Source of the DNA: Bugula neritina | Taxonomy: Eukaryota > Animalia > Bryozoa | DNA: 64,000 nucleotides | NCBI GenBank assembly: GCA_964035545.1 | Contig: OZ037766.1 | Location: forward strand, 28,627,673 to 28,691,672 | Direction of reading: 5' to 3' | Part shown: positions 1-11,900 of the stretch, piece by piece | Numbering within the stretch: the stretch's first letter is position 1 | Layout: each line of letters begins with the position of its first letter | Made by a program: the position numbers and the translations under genes | Notes under the pieces: model-generated | What the model saw: the letters and a program-made list of their open reading frames with translations, nothing else | What the model was told of the DNA's origin: nothing | The model's database searches: none

Positions 1-1885
1 AAATAAAAGTTGTCTAAAATATTTCTTCCGTTCAAATTGGTCACAGTCTATTCTAACATGTATTTTTATAATTAAAAGCTTATTTTTTGCACCAAAAGCA
101 ATATGCTGGTATAGCAGGTATACAATGAAAACTATAGTGGCAAAAGTTGTATCTCACTTGTTCTTAATTAACTTTCAATATTAAAAAGCTCTCTCAAGTT
201 TTTGTGTTTCACCAGAATACTGATTGTAGTGACTGGATAGAAAATTCTAGAAAAGTTTACAAAGTAATATTGTTCTATGAAGGTTTTTTCTCAGACGCTG
301 TTAGACAATAACTGACTGATATGCAATCTACAATGCCACTTTAGGATGTATAATATAGTCCCTTATGGTGGTGGGCTGTACGTACTAAATTTTAGGTGGC
401 AACATATTCAAACCTTTCATCTTTTAGCGTGTTTGGCTTTCGGCCAAGTTTTGTCTTTGAAACACCTGATACCCTGCATTTGATACCCGTGTGCTAGCCT
501 ACACATTGTATTCCCATATCATTGATACGGGTTGCTCATAGTAGCTGTATAGTACACGTGTGCATGCCACGAGTAACGCATAGAGAGCTAGTACAATACT
601 GCATTAGTGATCTAACCTCACAATAATATTGATTTATTAATCTCTATTCAGGATAAACAGCACTTAGTGTGGAGTATAGACACATGCTATTCCACTATCT
701 CTGTCTACTAGTGTTGAGTATACAGTTCTCAAGTGTTGTAACTGCTATCCAATCCTGCTGCTCATTACATTGGAAAGAATTCAAAAGAACCCTTTTACTA
801 ATTAGCATGTAAGTAGTATTAGTACTATTTTTAGAAAGTATGTTTATTACTATGCAATAATCAGAATTATTTTACTATCAGTGTGTTTAGTAAAGCCCAT
901 GCTATGATAGGCTTAGCTGTTCAGTCCATGTTTCAGGGTAGACTATTCATTATTCAGAACTGGAAAAAATAATGTTATAAGTACACCAATAAGGTTGTAT
1001 AACACTTCCTAAATACTTGCAGAAGGTAATATTAAAGTTTCGTAAACTGTATAAATTAAACTATAATACTTGCAGAATTGTTCTTTGTAAGATTGTTTCA
1101 AGTTTGCTTCACATTATAATATTATATCAAACTGTTGATGTGGGGAAACTAATTTTCATATCTCCTGTGGTAAAGCACATACAATATACATAGTACCAAT
1201 GCAGTCTATCTTCAACTATTTCTGGTCAGCTGCTAGCTATTCACAGGGTGGATGGGGGGGGGTGAATGACTGCCCCCATCCTCCTGGATATTCAGATTTT
1301 AACTGAAGGTCAGTGATTCACAGTTTCTTGGCCTAAGAAACAGCCGATCATATGCATCCTCTGTGGATATCTGTTTGGTCTATATTTAGCCTTTGGTCCT
1401 GATTAATTGGCAAAACATGTTCAGTGAACTCATATCTGATAATTAATATTTGCATATCTTCCTGTAAAATAGCCTGTAATATGAAATTTTATACTGTTGA
1501 GATGTTCTTACATAAATTTTGTAATTTGAAGAAGTTTGAAATTGAATCTACAAATAAAACTAGTTCACTTACTGACCATATTAAATAAACCACTGTATCG
1601 TTCTTGGCTCTGTTTTGGTTTTGCTTTACATTCTTGTTCAGTGATTTTATCCATCATTAGGCTCTGGTGTTGTAGTTATGAGTCACAACACCAGTTTTCA
1701 TGTTTGGATTTTAACCAAACTGCTGTGCCTTCTGAAATTAATGCATTAATTTGCAGCTAAAATGATAACTATGTACAATATAAATTGCTTCTAGTAGTGT
1801 CTACTGGTAATTCTGTGTTGAAATTTGTTCATAAAAACTACTTCATGTAGTTATATTAAGTGCGGACAGCTTTTTATAAAACTTT

Positions 1886-1956
1886 TGTCCCCACTGGGAT
1901 TCCAACCCAAGACCTTCGGCTTGCAAGCAGGTGCGCTACCGTTACACCACAGGGAC
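1886..1956 (-). pseudogene. tRNA-like cloverleaf (tRNA pseudogene or tRNA-derived repeat)
   Basis: The minus strand reads GTCCCTG-TG-GTGT-AACGGTA-GCGC-A-CCTGCTTGCAAGCCGA-AGGTC-TTGGG-TTGGAAT-CCCAG-TGGGGAC-A. Acceptor, D and T stems pair (with G-U). The T-loop is TTGGAAT rather than TTCGAAT and the anticodon arm is imperfect. TTTT follows about 5 nt downstream. Confidence 0.65.
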
Positions 1957-2991
1957 CACTGAGTAAACTCAACACTACACTTTTCGTTTTTGCCAATACT
2001 TCTGACAAAAATGTTGTGCTCCAGCATTTCATAGTAACTTAAGCTAAGTAGAAAGGGGCACCTATGAGCCTTGACTATTGATTGATATTTGCTAAGGGAT
2101 TCACTCTTCCCAACAGACAGACACTATGGATATTTTACATTAGTGCTGGGGCAGTATTGTTGATCTCACTGTGGTTGAGTCAAGTTAGTGCTGCACCACC
2201 ATTGCTAATGGGGTCGGTTTTGTTATCAGTAAAATTGTTTGTGATGCAGTTGATGGAAATTGTTTTATTTCCTATACTAATTATTCAATTTTTTTCTAAA
2301 TTTTCCCAGCACTAATGTATGTTCATTCATGTAGTTCATTTTTATACTCGTAAGTCATATATTAAGGTAATGTATTAAGGTACTCTTGCTTTATGTTAAT
2401 GTAGTCATCAAGTTTGAAATTATTGATTTTCATAGAGTAAATGTAGTGGTGTGATAGTTTTAAAACTAGGCCAGCGGCATCAGTTATCAGTTTGTTATTA
2501 TAAGCCGTATATTGGAGTTACATTAGACCTTGAACTTAGTATCATTTCACTAATCAGTAAGTTAGTTAAGTGGACAGCCACTCAAAATACTAGCAAATCT
2601 TAATTTATAGCTTCCACCTTTGATGAGAAGTTTAGTATTAAAATATTTACACTTACGCAGAATATTTTAGGTTAGTTTCAGTTTCAATACTAAAACAGAT
2701 ATAAAAAAAGTTTGAATAGGTTTTTCCACTTTTACATTTTCTAGTGCAGTAAAGTTGATGGTGAGGTATTTTAAAGCAGATATATGGGCGTTATCTTCAT
2801 GCTATTTCATATACTATATGTACGTATGGACGTATATATGTACATATGTATGTACGTGTAGATATTCATATATGTAGATATATATTTAAAGTAGACTGTT
2901 GTTTAGTTTTCAACTTCTATTACAATTTTAACAGATGAGAAAACGACTATAACTCAAGAAAATACAAGAGAAGCAGAGAGAGATTTCCAAG

Positions 2992-5900
2992 ATGTCTGCA
3001 GATGTTACTGAGAATGTCTCAGCAGAAGAGATGGTGTTTGATGAAGAGATGATGGCCAGGGAGGCAGCGAAGGTTTTGGCAGCAATACAAGAAGAAGTTG
3101 ACGGCAGTATGTTTATTACTCTCACCTACTGTAACAACATGCTTTTGGTATATTGTCATTAGACATTAGATCGTTAGGCACACGTTTTCTGGTTTTAAAC
3201 TTGTAAATTTCCGTCAGAAAATATTCAACATTTGGAGAACTTGGTTAAGATAGAGAACGCTGCCAATGTGCTGCCTTAGCTAATAGTAAATCAGCTCCAA
3301 GATTTGGATTGTTGAAAACTCAGAATTAGTTAAAGTCTATCAGTGCACAGGCCATGTGGGATTGTTTAAATTATTTATCTTTTATTATTGAAACTCAACT
3401 CTCACAAGTTCACTAACCTTTTCAATGAGATCTATCAGCACTATACTACTGTATACTAATAACTACTATACTATTATAAGAAATATATTGTGCTATGATG
3501 ATAAATTATATTATTATAGTAACTCTGTTATACTTAGCTAAACATATTTGGGTAGATTATTTATTGGTGAATAGTTGAAACAGTTGCAGAAAGATCATAG
3601 AGTATAGACTAACCAATGGGCCCATCTAATTGCTAGAGACAAATAAACAGGCAAAATATTTGTGACTTCTTTAGTTCACTGTGTAGTATTTTCCCTTATA
3701 TGCAATGTTTCAAAATCAATTCCAATTTTAAAATTATTCATGTTATTAATACTTGCCATAAATGTGTTAAGCAATAATCATGGATAGCAAACTGCAGAAA
3801 TATATTTACTCGTGCAAATACTACTCACTGAACTAAAGAAATGCATTAGAAAGAGGAAGTGGGAAGAAGCTATATGTGTTCTCCTGATACGTTGTATAAC
3901 GTCATAGTCTGTGTTCCTAACATCTCCCTTCTCTCTGTAGACGTATCATCTGGCAGTGTATACTACTTGGGGCAGGGATCTGACAGCTATGATGTGAATA
4001 TGAACACCTCAGTTGAAAAGGGTAGGCAACTCTGCCAGTTATAGTATTTATAGAATTTTGTTATGTGGAAGGTAATGGTTTCCAACTCATGTTGTGAATT
4101 GCTAGAAATGAAACCTTTGAATATGTAAATCTTTGTCAGATTGGAAGTAAGAAACCACTCCCATTTTAATAGAGTAAAAACCGATTGCCAAAAAACCCTC
4201 TCCTGTTCCTTCCAAACAAGTTTTGTTTAATTATAAATACAACATGATGTCCCACTACCAACCCTTTTCCCATCTAATATCTCAATGCAACACTGATGAT
4301 TGTAACAATGGTAAGGGATGGTTGTTTCTGGCTAAAAATTTATATCTCAAAATTGATTGATTTGTCTGGTTTAGTTATCAACATTTCTTCCATTTTTTTA
4401 TTTTTCAATTTTTGTTGTGAAAACTAGAAAATTTATTAACTCTTTTGAAGGAAAACAGCAGTGTTACCAGTATATAGTTACATGTGGAAAGCTCATAGTT
4501 ATGAGTTTAGCAACTGCCTTTTGATCATTTATTAGCCTTTTAGTGCAACTCTGTTCCTGTAATTATTGTATTATGATGTCAAACAATTATCTGTTAATAG
4601 GTTTTTCTGTTGAACTCAGTTGAACTCTCTCTCGAACTCTGTATTACAGAATTAAGTTAGTATTGTGGACTGTATAAGACTGTTAGCGTATTTGTCTTCC
4701 TGCTTTAGGCGAATCTAGCAATGATACATACGTAGCCTCAGTTTCAAATAAGACGTTCATCCGGATAGAAGGTCAGTTAGTAAATGGAGACAACTCCTCA
4801 GCCCTCAATGACTCCCGGGATGCAGACGTCAACATGAGCTCAACTTCGACCCCCGAGTCGACCAATCAGGAGCTAGAACCGTCTCCAAACCCAGCAAATC
4901 TTACATATAGTTTTAGTAACAGTGACTGCAACTCCCTCAACGTCACTAGGACTATAGAAGCTAGGCCTCAGGCTATTATGAATTGTGGTGAATCCCAGAC
5001 TACAGCCACTGAATGTCGTATGAATGAGTCAGGTGATGACTCAGACCAGTTACAGAGCACTTCCTGTCCGGGAGATCCAGTCACTCAGTCTGCAGAACTA
5101 ACCGCTTCTGAACAGTTGAACAGATCCTTAGAAATCAATGGCTCCATGTCCATGTCTATAGAGAATAAGACAGAGTATGATTTTACTAGTAGCACCTCCA
5201 TCTCACATTCCACACCTGTCTCGGCCAATGAGAGGGCAGAATCTAAAGTGGCTGCTAAAGGGTTAAACAAAGCTCCAGCTAAATGCAGAAAGTCTAGCAT
5301 ACTGCAGGTTAAGAGTGGCAATTCGGACAAGAGACAATCTCTGCCTGCTATCAGCAAACCTTCCAAACTTGCAAAACCACGGGAGAGCCTTTTACCGCCC
5401 CCACCCGCTACAAGTACGTAAACTAAGGCTAACTCTAGCCATTCAATAGACTATAAAGTTTTAAATAGCTGTACAGTTTTTGTGCACCAAGTTGCCTGTT
5501 ATTAAATTATGCTGTTAAAATTAGTAGTAATTACTTTCAGTGGTAATTGCCCTGTTAGATGTTTCATAAAGGCTGTTGAACTGCATACCACACTCTAATA
5601 TTACTCCGTTAGCATGCTATAATCAACAGCACATGTGTCAGTAATTATTATATCTTATCTAATAAGTATTACTAGTTCAGCTGAGTTTACGATGCTGTAA
5701 AAGTTAGTGTAAGCACTTAGTTTCTAAACCGGAAGAGTAGGTCCAGCAAAAAAAACAAACCAACACTGTTATAAAAATGTTTCACTAAATATACAATAAT
5801 TATAGTTGCTACAAATAGAACTGTATTTGATACCAAGACTTATTTTTCCTCCTGGCAATGAACATATCTCATTTCAATGAAGAAGTTGATTCTATTGGTA

Positions 5901-8900
5901 CTTGACGATTTTTTGTTTTCTTTTGTAGAAGAAAAGTTAGACCCTCCCAACAAGGTTAGTAGGTCAAGGTTATATTAATACATTGTTATTGTTCGGGAGT
6001 TTTAACAATTGGAAATGGTTTCATAATTTCCTCCTAGATTATTACTCGTCAAACACATGTAGCAGTTGTCTTCTCTACTTAGCCTGTGATCCAGAAGAGT
6101 AAGCCCAAGAGTAAGTGGGCTGACATATCTAAACAAATAGAGGAGAACGCAAAGGCCCCACCTAAAGCTACACCTAGAAATGCGCAGTCTAAATTACACA
6201 CAGGTTTGTCTCCCATCAGCATTCAATGTATACAAGTTATTTTAAGGCTTTGCCATTAATTTACTTTCTACTTTCAATGTGTGTCTTTGATTAGCATCAT
6301 GCTGCCAGGGTCTGTGGCAGCATGAGTCTGTGGCAGCATGGGTCTGTGACACTACCAAACATCAAATATCTTTTACTTTTTTAGTGTTTACAATTTTGTG
6401 AGACATATTTCAGTTGTCTACATTACTATTCTATGCACATTTTATATGTTTTTATTATACACTGTCTATATTATTATTCTAAATTATTCATAATACTATT
6501 CTATGTTACTATTTTATTTTGTCCATATTACTGTGCTAAATCCTAGACCAGAACCAATAGAATGTGCATAATATAATTTTATTACCACAAATATTGTTAT
6601 ATTAACATAGAATTGTCTTCTTCCGAAGATGACACTTGTAAGTTGCTACAGATTTCCAACTATTTATTCTTGGTATTCACTCGCCTATTTGTATTAGACT
6701 AATTTATTTATTGCACAGCTTGCAGTTTTATTTATTGCAAGCTATACGAATAGTGGATTGGTGTAAATTATAATGTAGTTGAAAGCATTTTCATATAATT
6801 ATGTAGATGGGTTATGGGGTATTATCATTGCATATTTATAGACTTTTCGTATAGAAATTGCTGTCAGTTTTTGCCGAGTAGCAACTTGGGAATCTTAAGT
6901 CAGCTTTCAGTGGTTATTTGGGTTTTTTATGTTCAAAACGCTTCTAGTAATAAATTTATAATAAGCAAAGGTGTGTGGGTGGGCAATTCTTCATCCATCG
7001 AATACATGTTGCGTTATTCGTTTTTTACGCTATGGATAGTATAATAATATAATTGATTATGAGGCTGTTTTAGTATCGGCAAGATGAAGTTTTGCATTCT
7101 CTAGTTTACTTTACCCGGTGCTTTATCTGTGTAGATGTGCTGTGAGTTGTGAGTAATGCAGCATTATGGGATATGTTGGGAAGTTGTCTGCTTGATGGTG
7201 GAAATAGTTATGGAAATTGAAGCTTCTTATACTCAGCTATGAGCTAATGAATGGACATGTTAGTCTAATGTCAGACCCCTTGCATGACCTTTAGTGAGGC
7301 CAAGAAAGTAAACCCTGTATTTTCCTCTAGTCGTGTAAAAGGCATGGCTTGTGGGAAATTTGTTTTGGCCAACCTCAAACATTATGAGCTGAAAGAATTT
7401 AGGTTTTTGGGATGAAAGTTTGGTCTTGTATTTCACATTTTGTCCTATATTTCACATTTAATCCTATATTTCACATTTCGTCCTGTATTTCACATTTTCT
7501 CTTATATTTCATGCAGCTCCAGCCAGAAAGAATGTAGAGAGGTCACTGAGTGCATGCAGTAATGAGTCGCAGCTAAGTCAGGTGTGTAATACTTGGAGAG
7601 TATCATTTATTTTAGTTTGAATATTGCTAAAATTTTCATACTTTGTAAAAATAATTTCAATTTGATTAAATCATGTGAGTGTATTTACTGTCTGTGATTG
7701 TCAGAGACTTGTTAAACTTAGAACTGGATGCAGGGGTTGTGATACTATCACACCTGCTAGAGATATTGACTTCAGAGTTTGCTTTATAATCTACAAGGAC
7801 ACTTTACACAGAACCTTTTAGTTATTGATTCCTTTTTCCAGGCATCCACTGTATCCACTAAAAAACCACTGAAGAGACAAAGTTTACTACCTCCTGCATC
7901 AGCCGGTGTAAAACAAGGTAGGTGAAGGTTGATGTAGAAGATTTGGTTCTCAAGCTAACAGTTTAGTGCTCAACCTACAGCCATTTGATACAATGGTTCA
8001 CTATAATCATCTTGTAGTCTGAGGGACAAGTAAGAGTTTCCTTATATTGGGAATCTTAGCACACTGCATAGAATAATAAACAGGAAATTAATCTGCAGTT
8101 GCCATAGGGGTGTAATATCTACAGGGGTATAATATCTACAGGGGTGTAATATCTACAGGATGTAATATTTACAGGGGTATAATATCTACAGGGGTATAAT
8201 ATCTACAGGGGTGTAATACCTGCAGGGGTGTAATATCTACAGGGGTGTAATATCTACAGGGGTGTAATATCTGCAGGGGTGTAATATCTACAGGGGTGTA
8301 ATATCTACAGGGGTGTAATATCTACAGGGGTGTAATATCTACAGGGTTATAATATATGTAGGGGTGTAATGTAATTGAGAAAGTCTTTAAATCAATTTAA
8401 AACTGCCAATGAGTAATTCACTCATCGAAAACTGAAACAATATGGACAAGCTAGCTTATGCAGCTAAATATTTATTTATTTAGTTATCCAGTTTCCATCA
8501 TTTAGTTTTCTATCCTGAAACCTCTGAGTAATAAGGTACTGTAAAGAGAAATAAAATATTCAACATCTTGTGCGAAGTCTATGAATATTCCTATCTTATC
8601 AGTCATATTCTCACTTATACATGTTTTAGATTTTAAAAAGCCTCGGGCGTCCCTCCTACCCCCTCCTTCATCTAAGCTGAAAGGTAAGGAATTAAGTCTA
8701 ACTTTAAAACATCAAAGTCATGTTTTGTGGCAGTTTTATTCTTGGTAAAATATTGTTTATACTGAATGAAAATTATATCTTTGAATAAAGCAACTATAGT
8801 CAAAGAGTAGACAACTTCAACCAATACTAGAGTAGTACCATGAGGAGTCTATAATGAAAATTCAATATATTTAGTTACTCAAAGTTAAGTCAGCTTTTAT

Positions 8901-11900
8901 TCAGCTCTATAAACTATACAGAAAAGTGTCTTCAGACACGCATGTATTCTTTCTGATCAAAAAGCAATGAATTTCTTTGTTTTATAGATTTGCATGCAGT
9001 TAAACAGATTGATTTTTATTTTAAAAATATTTTTACGATACCTTGTCGAACGAGCATAAAACACTAATATTTTTGACACTCATATTTGGATTTTGAATTA
9101 TTGGTGATCAGAAATGTTGCTTTAAGGTGAGTCACTTTGATGAATATAATGTTTTCTATTTGAAAGGATGAGCAAAAATTAAACTCAGCGGTGTTTACAA
9201 TATCACAGTTTCATTCTGCAAAGAATTGAAAACTCCTAATTGTGATCTCTTCTAATGATAGCAGGGAAAATGGAAACTATTTTATAATTTATTAAGAATA
9301 GATATTAGATTTCTAAGGTGCCCCATATTTCATTATTGTTATTATTTCTCATTTTACTATGAAATGACCCTCGGGGAAACTATTATTCCGAAAGCTTTAT
9401 ACAAACAGCAATGTTATTGGTCTCCTGGTTATCAACTCTTTAACTTAAAAAGAACAACAAAACACTGGATATAATATACACAATTACATTGTGACCTGCA
9501 GTGGGTTAATACCCCATGTGTTGGTTATAGCTGCTTGTAGTGTTGAAATTTCTATACTCTTTTGGATATAGTGTTTTGGTGGAGAGAGTGAAAGCTGTTT
9601 TACCTCAAGCTCTCAATTGACAACAATAAGTATCATTACAAAAGAATAACACTCATGAGTAAATTCACTTTGTTAGTAGTTTGTGGCTTTGTTTACGTGC
9701 TGCCAGTTCACTTGCAGAGTTAGCTCAGTTTAGAAGGCAGCATACTTTTTGGCAGCGAGAAATGCCAAGTTATATTTCATAAATTTCGGAGGGAAATATC
9801 GTAGTTCTTTGGGTAATGGATCGCACATGTGTTGTCATAGCAACGTGGGACTCTATACAGTGGCTGCATGCTTGAGTGATTCTGACTAGTGGGTCATATC
9901 TATACAGACAAGTTACTACTAATACTCTCACTAGAAGGCTAGTAGTGTGTGGACTCCGGATATACCATAGGCTGAGATCCTACCGTGCAAACTTTCCTTT
10001 CTGTGGACTACTCATCATGCCTTCCAAGACTGTTACCACGTATACTATTTATTTCAAGTCTATTCTTTCAGCTGACAGCAAAGCATCCAAATCGGGTTCT
10101 GGATCCGCCACTGTTACACCACAGACAGCCCCCAGTGTGCATGTGAATGGCACAGCACCCATCAACGTAGTCAATGGTAACGCAGCCAGTATACAGAGGG
10201 GTAAACCCACGTCCCAGCAAACTGGAAGACTTCAAAAAGGTACTTAGTCTAATAGCCAGAGTAGTACATGTAGTTGTAATTGTGTATAGTTAGTACAGAA
10301 ACTTGCTGTGAAACTGTTAGCACTCTTCACTAACCTTTCCTTTATGTAGCAACTCTCTGAATACACTAAACTAGGATAGATGCTTCATTATATAATATTA
10401 TTATACTGTATTACACTATATTATATTGTATTATATTGTACTATGCTGCACTATATTATACTGTATTATATTATATTATACTATATTTTATCACACTTTA
10501 TTATACTATATTACGCTGCAGTATACTATATTATACTGTATTATACTATATTATACTGTATTTTATCACACTTTATTATGCTATATTACACTGCAGTATA
10601 CTATATTGTACTGTATTATACTATATTATACTGTATTTTATCACACTTCATTATACTATATTACACTGCAGTATACTATATTATACTGTATTATTCTATG
10701 ATATACAGCATTTTACTACCACATTATTATACTCCACTGAATGTTAGGAACTATACTGCATGGATAATACTAAGTATAGTGTAATATAGTATACAGTAGT
10801 CACTGTTGTACTATAACAACCAACAATATTAACATATTTTAATCATTAATACCTATAAGTAGCATTCCATGGTGCAGTCACAACCTGCAGCCAGTGGGAA
10901 ACGACTCCTTACGAATGTTGTAATCTGAGTTGCTGGCCGAAACTACTATCAATTCACACAGCAAATTGTATTCTTTTATTGCAACTTTTATCAATGCTTT
11001 TAGTAATACAAATTTTCACATGACTACAGCTTGACTTTGTTCAATGGATTGAGTTAGTATTCAATGGGAAATAATTATAATTTGTAAACCTATGTCTTGA
11101 ATTCACATCCCCTGCACAGTTAGTCTATATATTACGCAACACTGAGTGTCGGATAGCTAATGGAAAGTCACTGTTGTAGCAGCAACGGAGAAAGGCACCA
11201 GCAAGTCCCAGAGTCTGCTTCAAACTAGACTAGATGAAATGACTAGACTGTGTGACGACAAAGATGTCTACAGCAGGGGACTAAAATCTGAGCTCTTATC
11301 TGCATGTCGCAGTGTAGAGAGTCTTGGAGTTGTCATACAGTGTCTAAGTAGAGTGGTAGAGGAGCAGAATGTGAAGCTAGGTGAATATAATATAGTATAT
11401 AATATAATATTATATGATATCATGTATGGTATGATTTATAGTATATATAGTAGAGTACAGTATATAGTAGAATGTATAACTCTCTGTATATAGTAGAGTA
11501 CAGTATATAGTAGAATGTATAACTTAGTGTATATAGTATATAGTAGAATGTATAACTCAGTGTATATAGTATATAGTAGAATGTATAACTCTCTGTATAT
11601 AGTATATAGTAGAATGTATAACTCTCTGTATATAGTATATAGTAAAATGTATAACTCAGTGTATATACTATATAGTACAATGTATAACTCAGGTAAAGCT
11701 CGAGAATCTCAGCAACTGATGGTAAAATCTCACGAAGAAGAACTCACAAATCAAACCACAGAATTGGAACTTCTCACACAAAACTATGAGCAGGAAAAAC
11801 AGGTGAGTATTTCTTTCTATATGTCTTTCTATTGGGGGAGGGGAGGGGGGTCATTTAGCATGTGTTTCCTGTTCGCAGGCTTTTTTGTCTCTGCTAACAG

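Noticed and set aside
10380-10784. Three overlapping Tyr/Ile-rich ORFs
   Set aside because: Translations of the AT-rich repeat inside an intron; no splice or homology support.
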